From positions 1 through 21,995 of the forward strand of contig JBHIAV010000047.1 of assembly GCA_046758745.1 (NCBI GenBank): DNA of 21,995 bases, in the 5' to 3' direction. The position numbers and the translations under genes were made by a program. Within the stretch, counting starts at the first letter, position 1, and the number at the start of each line of letters is the position of its first letter. This document shows positions 1-7,484 of this stretch, in pieces. The notes under the pieces are model-generated. The model was not told the DNA's origin. It did not search any database and saw nothing but the letters and a program-made list of their open reading frames with translations. The stretch comes from Gemmatimonadota bacterium (GTDB lineage Bacteria > Gemmatimonadota > Gemmatimonadetes > Palauibacterales > Palauibacteraceae).

Positions 1-789
1 CTAGCTTGGCCGGACCGCCATGGCGGCGAGCCGCTCCTCCCGCGAGAAGGCGCGCACCGCGAGCAACGTGGCCGCTGCACCCGCCACGGCCAGCGCGCCG
101 AGGTCGAGCCCGAGGGGCAGCTCGCCGCCGAAGGCACCGGCACCTGCCCCGAACAGGCCGTGCTTCATCACGTCGATCCCGTAGGTGAGCGGGTTGGCCA
201 GCGCGACCGCCCGCAGCAGCGACGGCAGCTGCGCGACCGGATAGAGCCCGCCGCTGAGGAAGAACATGGGGAACAGCACGAAGTTCATCACCACGGCGAA
301 GTTCTCGATCGACCCGATCCGCGAGGCGAGGAGCATGCCGATCGCCGCCAGCGTGAGCGAGGTGAGGAGCACGCCGGCCAGAGTCAAGGCCAGCCCTCCC
401 GCGCCAGGCTCCAGTCCGAAGGCCGGGACCAGGAGGAGGAGCGCGATCCCCTGCACGGCCCCCACCGCAGCCGAGCTCATCACCTTCGCCACCACGAGGC
501 CGAGACGGCTGATCGGGGCGATCAGCATCATCCGCATCATCCCGAGTTCGCGATCGTACACGGTGGATAGGGCGGCCAGCATCGAGCTGAACAGCAGAAC
601 CATCGCGACCACTCCGGGGAGCAGGAAGTCCCGGTAGCTGAGACCGGAGTGCAGCGCGACCAGACCGCTGAATCCCGAACCGATGATGAACAGCCACAGC
701 AGGGGCCTGGCGAGGGAGCTGAGCAGGCGCCCCCGCTGGCGGAGGAGGCGCCGGAACTCCCGGCCCACGATCGCCGCCACCGCCCTCAC
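1..789 (-). CDS. ABC-2 type transporter permease (DrrB/PedC-like)
   Basis: 262 aa, about 6 hydrophobic segments. ABC-2 motifs LLPGVVAM, VYDRELG, FPMFFLSGGLYP, NPLTY. GTG start overlaps the ATPase stop (GTGA, 786-789). Confidence 0.9.
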   Translation of the reverse strand: MRAVAAIVGREFRRLLRQRGRLLSSLARPLLWLFIIGSGFSGLVALHSGLSYRDFLLPGVVAMVLLFSSMLAALSTVYDRELGMMRMMLIAPISRLGLVVAKVMSSAAVGAVQGIALLLLVPAFGLEPGAGGLALTLAGVLLTSLTLAAIGMLLASRIGSIENFAVVMNFVLFPMFFLSGGLYPVAQLPSLLRAVALANPLTYGIDVMKHGLFGAGAGAFGGELPLGLDLGALAVAGAAATLLAVRAFSREERLAAMAVRPS

Positions 790-1766
790 TGGCGCTTGGC
801 CCGCCCGCCGCCCTCCATCCCCACAGCCGCTCCCTCCCCCGCCGCCCCGTCCAGGACCCGCCCGGTGAGTTCGAGGAACACGTCCTCCAGCGAGGGCCGG
901 CGGACCTGGACGCTCCGTACCCCTTCCTCGAGTAGGGCGAGCGCGCCGCGCAGCGCGGCCTCGGCGTCGGACAGCCGGATCTCGTAGCCGCGGGGCGTGC
1001 GCCGCGGGGGGGAGCCGAGCCGCACGCGGATCCGTTCCTCCAGGGCGTCGCGGTGCGGCGCCTCAAGCTCGATGACCTCCCTCCCGAGTCCGGCCTTCAG
1101 CTCGGGCGGGGAGCCACCCGCGATGATCCGGCCGCGGTCGATGATCGCCACCTCGTCGCACGCCTCCGCCTCGTCGAGGTAGTGGGTGGTGAGAAAGATC
1201 GTGATCCGGTGCTCGGCCCGCAGCCGCCGGATCATCTCCCAGATGCCCCGCCGGTTTACGGGGTCGAGGCCGAGCGTCGGCTCATCGAGAAAGAGGATGG
1301 GCGGGCGGTGTAGCAGGCCTCGTGCGATGTCGAGCGCCCGTTTCATTCCGCCGGAGAACGTGCCCACCCTGTCGTCTCGTCGTTCCTCCAGCCCGAACAG
1401 CTTCAGCATCTCGGCGACCCGCCTCCTTGCCGTCGTCCGATCGATGCCGTACAGCGCCGCCGCGAAATGGAGGTTCTCGGCAGCGGTGAGATCGCGGTCG
1501 AGCGTTGAGTCCTGGAAGACGAGCCCGATGCGGCGCCTCACCTCGAGCGGCTCGCGGCGCACGTCCCGTCCCCCGACCCGGGCCTCGCCCCGGCTCGGCG
1601 CCAGCAGCGTGGCGAGCAGGTGTACGGTCGTCGTCTTGCCGGCACCGTTGGGGCCGAGGAGGGCGAAGAACGCGCCAGGCTCTACGGTGAGGTCGAGCGC
1701 CTCGACGGCCCGGATCGGGCCGTAGTCCTTCCCCAGCCCGCGGGCCTCGATGGCGGGACCGCTCAT
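786..1766 (-). CDS. ABC transporter ATP-binding protein (DrrA-like)
   Basis: Walker A GPNGAGKTT, signature FSGGMKR, Walker B ILFLDEPT, H-loop LTTH. Start set at ATG 1766 (MSGPAIEARGL), overlapping the pqqE stop (ATGA). Confidence 0.92.
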   Translation of the reverse strand: MSGPAIEARGLGKDYGPIRAVEALDLTVEPGAFFALLGPNGAGKTTTVHLLATLLAPSRGEARVGGRDVRREPLEVRRRIGLVFQDSTLDRDLTAAENLHFAAALYGIDRTTARRRVAEMLKLFGLEERRDDRVGTFSGGMKRALDIARGLLHRPPILFLDEPTLGLDPVNRRGIWEMIRRLRAEHRITIFLTTHYLDEAEACDEVAIIDRGRIIAGGSPPELKAGLGREVIELEAPHRDALEERIRVRLGSPPRRTPRGYEIRLSDAEAALRGALALLEEGVRSVQVRRPSLEDVFLELTGRVLDGAAGEGAAVGMEGGGRAKRQ

Positions 1767-2893
1767 GTGGGGTGGACGAGCGTCGTCGGCAGCAGCCGCC
1801 CGATGGATTGCGGGTTGCGGTACACCAGCTCCGCCACGGAGGGCTCGGCCGATCCGGCCCGAACGAGCGCCTCCTCGACCAGGTGGTGATCCGGCGAGAG
1901 GTGACAGACGGGATCGGTCCGCGCGGCATCGCCGGTGAGCGCGAAAGCCTGGCAGCGGCACCCGCCGAAGTCGATCTCCCGGCGCGGACAGCTCCGGCAC
2001 GGCTCCCGCATCCACCCGGTTCCGCGGTAGGCGTTGAAGGCGGGCGACTCGTACCAGATCCACTCCACTGGGTGGTCGCGCACGTTGGGGAACTCGAGGC
2101 TGGTGACCTGGGCGGCGGCGTGGCAGGGGAGGGCCATCCCTCCGGGCGTGACCGCCAGGTACCGGGTGGCCCAACCGCCCATGCACGGCTTCGGGTAGAT
2201 CTCATAATAGTCGGGCAGCACCCACACGATCTCCAGCCCCGGGTGGCGGTCTCGCTCCCGCTCCACCGCCGCGTGGGCCGCCTCGAGCTGGTCGCGCGTC
2301 GGCATCAGCACCGCGCGGTTGGCCAGCGCCCAGCCGTAGTACTGCGTGTTCGCCAGCTCGATGCGCTCGGCGCCGAGCCCGCTGGCAAGCCCGATCAGGT
2401 CGGCGACCTGGTGCAGGTTGAAGCGGTGCAGAACTACGTTGAGGGTGAGGGGGAATCCGAGCGAGCGCACAAGCTCGCAGGCCTCCAGCTTCTTCGCGAA
2501 GGAGCTCGCCCCGGCGATCGCGTCGGACACCTCCTCACTCGCCCCCTGGACGCTGATCTGCACGTGGTCGAGGCCCGCCACCCGCAGCGCCCGGGCCGAA
2601 TCCCGGTCCAGCGTGTGACCGACGGTGACCAGCGTCGAGTAGAAGCCGAGCCGGGCGGCGCGGGACACGATCTCCAGGAGATCCCGGTGCAGGGTGGGCT
2701 CGCCTCCCGACAGGCCGAGCTGCACGGCGCCGAGGGCGTGCGCCTCCTCCAGCACTCGGCCCCACTCCTCGCCATTCAGCTCCCGCCTGTACCCGCCCGC
2801 GCGGTAGTCCACCGGGTTCGAGCAGTAGGGGCACTGCAGCACGCAGCGGTAGGTGAGCTCCGCGAGGAGCCACAGAGGCCCGTCAGTCCGCAT
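1763..2893 (-). CDS. pqqE: PqqA peptide cyclase, radical SAM/SPASM protein PqqE
   Basis: PLWLLAELTYRCVLQCPYCSNP (CxxxCxxC), SGGEP, ELANTQYYGWA, and SPASM motifs KPCMGGW, LPCH, CRSC..FGGCRCQA. Start set at ATG 2893, overlapping the pqqD end. Confidence 0.96.
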   Translation of the reverse strand: MRTDGPLWLLAELTYRCVLQCPYCSNPVDYRAGGYRRELNGEEWGRVLEEAHALGAVQLGLSGGEPTLHRDLLEIVSRAARLGFYSTLVTVGHTLDRDSARALRVAGLDHVQISVQGASEEVSDAIAGASSFAKKLEACELVRSLGFPLTLNVVLHRFNLHQVADLIGLASGLGAERIELANTQYYGWALANRAVLMPTRDQLEAAHAAVERERDRHPGLEIVWVLPDYYEIYPKPCMGGWATRYLAVTPGGMALPCHAAAQVTSLEFPNVRDHPVEWIWYESPAFNAYRGTGWMREPCRSCPRREIDFGGCRCQAFALTGDAARTDPVCHLSPDHHLVEEALVRAGSAEPSVAELVYRNPQSIGRLLPTTLVHPT

Positions 2894-3167
2894 CGGCGAG
2901 CAGTCCCCTGGCGGCGACTCCGGCGAGGAAGGCCCGCACGCCGTCCTCGATCTCCACGCCATCCGCCTCGTATTCGGCTTGCAGGTGCGCCACGATCTCC
3001 TCGAAGGTCCGACTTCCGTCGAGCAGGTCGAGAACCCGCCGACCTGTCGCGTTCAAGAGGAGGGTCCCCTCCGGGTAGAGCAGCATGTGCCGCTCCCGCA
3101 CCTCGTTCCACACCAACCGGCACTTCGCCCTCAGGCGTGGTCGGCGCGGGAGCGGGACCTCGCTCAC
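2883..3167 (-). CDS. pqqD: PqqA peptide chaperone PqqD (RRE domain), 94 aa
   Basis: C-terminal part of ORF 2883..3611: RLVWNEVRERHMLLYPEGTLLLNATGRRVLDLLDG..EIVAHLQAEY. GTG start at 3167 overlaps the pqqC stop. Confidence 0.92.
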   Translation of the reverse strand: MSEVPLPRRPRLRAKCRLVWNEVRERHMLLYPEGTLLLNATGRRVLDLLDGSRTFEEIVAHLQAEYEADGVEIEDGVRAFLAGVAARGLLADAD

Positions 3168-3934
3168 CGCTTGCCCCCACCCTGCCCCGAGGGGCCGCCT
3201 CCGTCCCGGCGGGAGTGGTAGTCGATCGCATCGAGCATGGCCCACAGCACGTCGCACTTGAAGCGCAGCGCCGCAACGGCGGCGTCCTGCTCCGCCCGCG
3301 TGGTCGAGCGCTCGACCACGAACTCCAAGGCGAACTCGGCATCCCGCGGTGCCTGGTGGAGCCGGTTGCGGAAGTACTGCAGCCCCTGCGCGTCGATCCA
3401 CGGGTAGTGCTGCTCGAACACCGCGATCCGCTTCGCCATCAGCTTCGGCGCGAACATCTCGGTGAGGGAGGCGGCGGCTCCCTCCAGCCATGGCCGGTGG
3501 CGCACGAAGTTGACGTACGCGTCCACCGCGAAGCGGACGGCGGGGATGAGCCTCCGGTCCTCCTCCAGCTCGGCGCGGGATACGCCGACCGCCTCGCCCA
3601 GCTGCAGCCACTTCTCGATCCCGCCGGGATCTCCACCCCGGCCGTCGTGGTCGAGGACCCGCTGGATCCAGGCTCTCCGCACCTCCCGGTCCGGGCAGTT
3701 GGCGAGGAACGCAGCGTCCTTGATCGGGATCATCTTCTGGTAATAAAAGCGGTTGGCGACCCAGCTGCGGATCTCCTCCGGTGAAAGCTCGCCCGCGTGC
3801 ATGCGCAGGTGGAACGGGTGGGTGTCGTAGTACTGAGTGCCCTGCGCACGCAGCTCCGCGCGGAACTGCTCCGGCAACAGGGGCTCCGCAGCCGGCGTCC
3901 CCGTCCGAAGCGCTCCGCCGGACCCGACCGTCAC
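3164..3934 (-). CDS. pqqC: Pyrroloquinoline-quinone synthase PqqC
   Basis: HPFH, WVANRFYYQKMIPIKDAA, RVLDHDG, RFAVDAYVNF, SLTEMFAP, YFRNRL, FKCDVLWAMLDA. GTG start overlaps the pqqB stop. Confidence 0.96.
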   Translation of the reverse strand: MTVGSGGALRTGTPAAEPLLPEQFRAELRAQGTQYYDTHPFHLRMHAGELSPEEIRSWVANRFYYQKMIPIKDAAFLANCPDREVRRAWIQRVLDHDGRGGDPGGIEKWLQLGEAVGVSRAELEEDRRLIPAVRFAVDAYVNFVRHRPWLEGAAASLTEMFAPKLMAKRIAVFEQHYPWIDAQGLQYFRNRLHQAPRDAEFALEFVVERSTTRAEQDAAVAALRFKCDVLWAMLDAIDYHSRRDGGGPSGQGGGKR

Positions 3935-4965
3935 TCCGCCCTCCTCCCGACGCGCGCGGCCGCGCGGCGCGGCGTCCGGCCCTCGGTCACGTCGGCATGC
4001 TCTCCGAGCCGGATCTCCATGCCGTCGTATGCGACCTCGAAGCCCGCCTCCTCCACGGCCCTCCGCTCCGAAGATCCCTCCATCAGCACCGGGTTCGTGT
4101 TGTTGATGTGGACATAGATCCTCCGCACCCCGTGGAGGGCGGACAGCCGCTCCAGGCTCCCCCCGGACCCCGACACCGGCAGGTGGTGCATGTCGGCGGC
4201 CGTCCGCCCCCCCTGCCCGACCGTGCTCATCTCCTCGTTCGTCCAGAAGGTGCCATCCAGTAGGGTCACCCGGCTGCGGGCGATGCGCGCGCGCAGTCGG
4301 GCATCGATCGCTCCGGTGCCGGGAACGTACACCAGCGTCTCCGCGCCATCCGGTCCCTCCTCGTCTCCGTCCCCCGCGACCGTCCCCCTCTCCCCGGGAC
4401 CCCCGCTCGCCGCCAGCTCGAGCCCGACGACGTCCCCCATCGTCGGCGGGCGGCGGGAGTAAGACGGTGGATCACCGGGCACATCGAAGGCGGTGCAGGG
4501 AAAGTCCAGCCCGTCGAGCCGCGCCTCCTCCCTCCCGGGCTCCACGCCGATGCGCCGCCACTCGACCTCGCAGTATGCCCCAAGTGTGGGTAGGAGCGGG
4601 TGCCCGGTGGTGAGCGCCTCTCGTACGGCGGGCGTGGTGTAGACCACCAGCCTCTTCGCTTCCCGCATGAGGAGGAGGCCCAGGGAATGGTCGATCTCGG
4701 CGTCGGTGAGCACCACAGCCCGGATGCCGCTCCCCCGCAACCGACGACCAGGTCCGAGCGGCGGGAACGCGTGGATTTGCTGGCGGATGTCAGGGGACGC
4801 GTTGAGCAGAGTCCAGCTGCGTCCGTCCGCGCTTACGGCGACCGAGGACTGGGTGCGCGGGGCGACCCGCTCGTCACCCCCCCGAGCGCTCCCGCAGTTC
4901 GGGCATCCGCAGTTCCACTGCGGGAGTCCGCCGCCGGCGGCGGCGCCTAGGACGCGAACGATCAT
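3931..4965 (-). CDS. pqqB: PQQ biosynthesis protein PqqB (metallo-beta-lactamase fold)
   Basis: VLGAAAGGGLPQWNCGCPNC, RTQSSVAVS, LNASPDIRQQI, LTDAEIDHSLGL, DGTFW, HINNTNP, AYDGM. Confidence 0.96.
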   Translation of the reverse strand: MIVRVLGAAAGGGLPQWNCGCPNCGSARGGDERVAPRTQSSVAVSADGRSWTLLNASPDIRQQIHAFPPLGPGRRLRGSGIRAVVLTDAEIDHSLGLLLMREAKRLVVYTTPAVREALTTGHPLLPTLGAYCEVEWRRIGVEPGREEARLDGLDFPCTAFDVPGDPPSYSRRPPTMGDVVGLELAASGGPGERGTVAGDGDEEGPDGAETLVYVPGTGAIDARLRARIARSRVTLLDGTFWTNEEMSTVGQGGRTAADMHHLPVSGSGGSLERLSALHGVRRIYVHINNTNPVLMEGSSERRAVEEAGFEVAYDGMEIRLGEHADVTEGRTPRRAAARVGRRAE

Positions 4966-4981
4966 GCACGGTCCACAAAGC

Positions 4982-5010
4982 GACGGCCCGGGCCAAGGAC
5001 CCGGGCCGTC
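4982..5010 (-). terminator. pqqA-pqqB intercistronic hairpin (partial terminator or RNA stability element)
   Basis: Perfect 11-bp stem GACGGCCCGGG / CCCGGGCCGTC with a 7-nt loop, 17 nt after the pqqA stop. Only a short U-tract follows on the minus strand (GCTTTG). Confidence 0.7.
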
Positions 5011-5027
5011 ACGAACGGCTGGTACGT

Positions 5028-5105
5028 CTACTTATCGATGTAGACGTACATGGTAACTTCGAAGCCCATCTCTAGAGCTTCGAACGTCGGCGCTTCCCAC
5101 TTCAT
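5028..5105 (-). CDS. pqqA: PQQ precursor peptide PqqA, 25 aa: MKWEAPTFEALEMGFEVTMYVYIDK
   Basis: Translated by hand (below the ORF-track cutoff). Contains W-x-x-P and GFEVTMY with the E-x-x-x-Y core. Upstream RBS GGAGG (TGGAGGACACAC-ATG). Immediately upstream of pqqB. Confidence 0.95.
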   Translation of the reverse strand: MKWEAPTFEALEMGFEVTMYVYIDK

Positions 5106-5149
5106 GTGTGTCCTCCACATGCAAAGGGAAACCGCACAATCCACGCGGG

Positions 5150-5178
5150 ATGCTATCCCGCCAAGCGCACCCTGTCAA
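5150..5178 (-). promoter_or_regulatory. sigma70-type promoter of the pqq operon
   Basis: Minus strand TTGACA (5178-5173), 17 nt, TAGCAT (5155-5150), about 45 nt upstream of the pqqA ATG. Confidence 0.7.
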
Positions 5179-5192
5179 ACTCGGGTGCCCCC

Positions 5193-7232
5193 CTATGGCA
5201 CGAGCTCCCCCTCCGGCCCTGCCAGCTCGACGATCCACAGTCCCGAGCTGCCATCGGCGGCGAAGATCTTGCCTTTGTATGGCTGCGCGCCCCATGTGCT
5301 GGTCGCGTTCGGCACCGTTCCCGTGGAGTCCTCCGTCATGTACCAGCCGATCTCCCGGCCCTGGCGGTACAGGTCGCCCCGCAACTCGCCGGAGATGTCC
5401 ACGATCCGCAGGCCCCCGTGATAGTAGCCGATGTACAGCTTGTCGTCCTCGGCCCACAGGTTGTGGGAGCCGGCCTCCGGCACGCGGTAGAACGCGACCT
5501 CGCGGGGATGCTCGATGTCGGAGACGTCGATCACGTGCACGTAGCCCCGCGCGCCGTTCACACATTCCGAGCAGCTGAAGATCTCGTCGCCGGTGAAGAC
5601 GTAGTTCCTGTAGCGGATCGCGTGGTGCGTGTTGCCGTACATCTGCGATCCGAGCTTGTAGCTGTAGCTGTACTGCGAGACGAGCTCCGGCTCGGTCGGC
5701 GTGCCCCCTTTGATACCGGCCCCCACGTCGAGGATGACGACGCCGTCGTCCCAGTAGCTCAGGTAGGCGAGGCCGTCCACCACCGTCACGTCGTGGAGGA
5801 ACTTGTCCTCCTTGTCCAGCCCCCAGCGTCCGACCTCGCGCGGGCTGGTGGGATCCGAGATGTCAATGATGTGCATGTCCCGGGTGCCGTAGTGGATCGC
5901 GTACACCAGGTCGTCCGCGATCCAGGTGTTGTGCACGCCGCCGGTGAGCCCCTCGGCGTAATGACTGATCCGCTTCGGGTGGGCCGACTTGGAGATGTCG
6001 AGAACCGTGATGCCGTTCCGGCGGGTGGATGCGTTCTCGCTCGTCACGACGGCGAGGGTACGATCGGCGTTGATCTTCACGTCGTTCACGCGCCGGCCGT
6101 CGAAGGTGACCGAGTCCGTGATCACCGGGCGCGAGGGGTCGGAGACGTCCCATGCGTACATCAGGTTCCCCGAAAAGGTACCGGTGTAGACGTAGTCGCG
6201 GCCGTCCAGGCCCTCGAAGACCCACAGGTCGGTGGTCGCCTGCCCCCGCGGGACGACGCCGTGCGCGATGAGACGGACCGTCCGGCGCGTAGGTCGCGGC
6301 GTCGCCTCCACCTGCACATCCCTCCACACGGATCCGACCGAAGCCGTGATCCGATACAGACCCGGGTCGTGGGCGACCAGGGCGCTCGTCGCCGCATCCT
6401 CGGCCTCGAGCCACACGGCGTCGTACGGCTGGTCGGAGAGGCCGGTCCACGTCCACTCCACCTCTGCCTCGCGCACGGGATGCCCGTCCCCGTCTCTCGC
6501 GGTGGCATGCAGCCGAAGAACGTCCCCGACGCGGACCCGCGCCCTCTCCGGCTCGACGGTGATGTGGCGGATCGGGTTCGGGATCACCCGAACGTTGACG
6601 CTCTCCTCGACGCCGTCCGCGCGGGCGGTGACGCGCGCACTTCCCGGCTTCCCGGCGTAGAGCAGGCCCCCCGCCGCCACGGCGACGACCTCGGGGTTCG
6701 ACGAGACCCAACGGATCGCCACATCGCGGCGCACGCGACGCTCCGAGTGAGCTCGGGCGAGGAGCCTCGACCGGCTGCCGGCGAAGAGCCGCTCCGGGAC
6801 ATGCCCGAGCTCGATGCGGGCGACCGGCAGAGGACGGACGGTCACCGCGGCGTACCCGCGGATCGTCTCGAATCCCGGCCCGGCAGCCGTGGGCCTCCGG
6901 ATGCGAGCCGACACGGTCGTTCGGCCGGGAGAGATGCCCCGTACCTCGTTCGTCGTGGGATCGAAGGACACCTCCGCCCCGTTCGATGTGGCGAGCAGAT
7001 CCGCGCCCTCGACCGGCTTTCCCGCCGAGTCGAGTGCCACGATCTCCACCTTCGCGCGCTGGCCGACCACGACCTCCAGCTTCTCCGGCCGGATCTCGAT
7101 GCGGGCGACCCGCAGGTCGGGGTTGTCCTGTGCGCGCAGGGGACGCGTCGTGATTCCCGTCCAACTCAGCAGGAGCAGCGGAATGGCCATGCTCGAGGGG
7201 GCGGACGGTAGGCTGAACGGGCGCCGCTTCAT
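5193..7232 (-). CDS. Secreted protein with N-terminal Ig-like (Big_2-type) domains and C-terminal LVIVD-repeat beta-propeller
   Basis: Start set at ATG 7232 (AGGAG RBS 8 nt upstream). Signal peptide ends LRA-Q. Ig-like motif WVSSNPEVVAV..G.LYAGKPGSARVTA. Repeats YAWDVSDPSRP, TVLDISKSAHP, HIIDISDPTSP, HVIDVSDIEHP, LRIVDIS. Confidence 0.8.
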   Translation of the reverse strand: MKRRPFSLPSAPSSMAIPLLLLSWTGITTRPLRAQDNPDLRVARIEIRPEKLEVVVGQRAKVEIVALDSAGKPVEGADLLATSNGAEVSFDPTTNEVRGISPGRTTVSARIRRPTAAGPGFETIRGYAAVTVRPLPVARIELGHVPERLFAGSRSRLLARAHSERRVRRDVAIRWVSSNPEVVAVAAGGLLYAGKPGSARVTARADGVEESVNVRVIPNPIRHITVEPERARVRVGDVLRLHATARDGDGHPVREAEVEWTWTGLSDQPYDAVWLEAEDAATSALVAHDPGLYRITASVGSVWRDVQVEATPRPTRRTVRLIAHGVVPRGQATTDLWVFEGLDGRDYVYTGTFSGNLMYAWDVSDPSRPVITDSVTFDGRRVNDVKINADRTLAVVTSENASTRRNGITVLDISKSAHPKRISHYAEGLTGGVHNTWIADDLVYAIHYGTRDMHIIDISDPTSPREVGRWGLDKEDKFLHDVTVVDGLAYLSYWDDGVVILDVGAGIKGGTPTEPELVSQYSYSYKLGSQMYGNTHHAIRYRNYVFTGDEIFSCSECVNGARGYVHVIDVSDIEHPREVAFYRVPEAGSHNLWAEDDKLYIGYYHGGLRIVDISGELRGDLYRQGREIGWYMTEDSTGTVPNATSTWGAQPYKGKIFAADGSSGLWIVELAGPEGELVP

Positions 7233-7374
7233 GGCCAAGACTCCTCTGCATCGGTTTCCGGGCACCGACGGGCCGGTGCCGCCACCGAGTATCGCCAGGG
7301 GATTTCCCGTCCAGCAAGGCCCATGGGGTGCTTCGAAGCGGGATCCCGCTGTCGGTCGGGCGGCGGAGCATGCC

Positions 7375-7484
7375 TCAGATCGACGTGGGGCGTGCCTCAG
7401 ATCGGCACGCGGCGTGCGTCAGATCGGCGCGCGGCGTGCGAACCGGATCCGCGCGGCGTGGATCAGATCGGCGCGCCGCGCTCC
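7375..7484. repeat. Degenerate 22-bp tandem repeat, about 5 units (consensus TCAGATCGGCGCGCGGCGTGCG)
   Basis: Units start at 7375, 7397, 7419, 7441 (divergent 5' half) and 7463. The last unit contains the stop codon of the CoA ligase. Confidence 0.75.

Noticed and set aside
1767..2186. N-terminal extension of the ABC ATPase ORF; similarly the extensions of ORFs 2883..3611, 10954..11739, 11508..13202 and 13666..15066
   Set aside because: These overlap neighbouring real genes. Downstream starts with an RBS or stop/start coupling fit better.
1772..3784. 670-aa plus-strand ORF; likewise 5106..7211(+), 7832..10000(+), 15899..17305(+) and 5863..7371(-)
   Set aside because: Shadow ORFs antisense or out of frame to well-supported genes. 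They are Arg/Pro/Gly-rich with no motifs, as expected in high-GC DNA.
7375..7484. Possible CRISPR array
   Set aside because: Units are contiguous 22-mers without unique spacers, they are degenerate, and no cas genes are present in the window.
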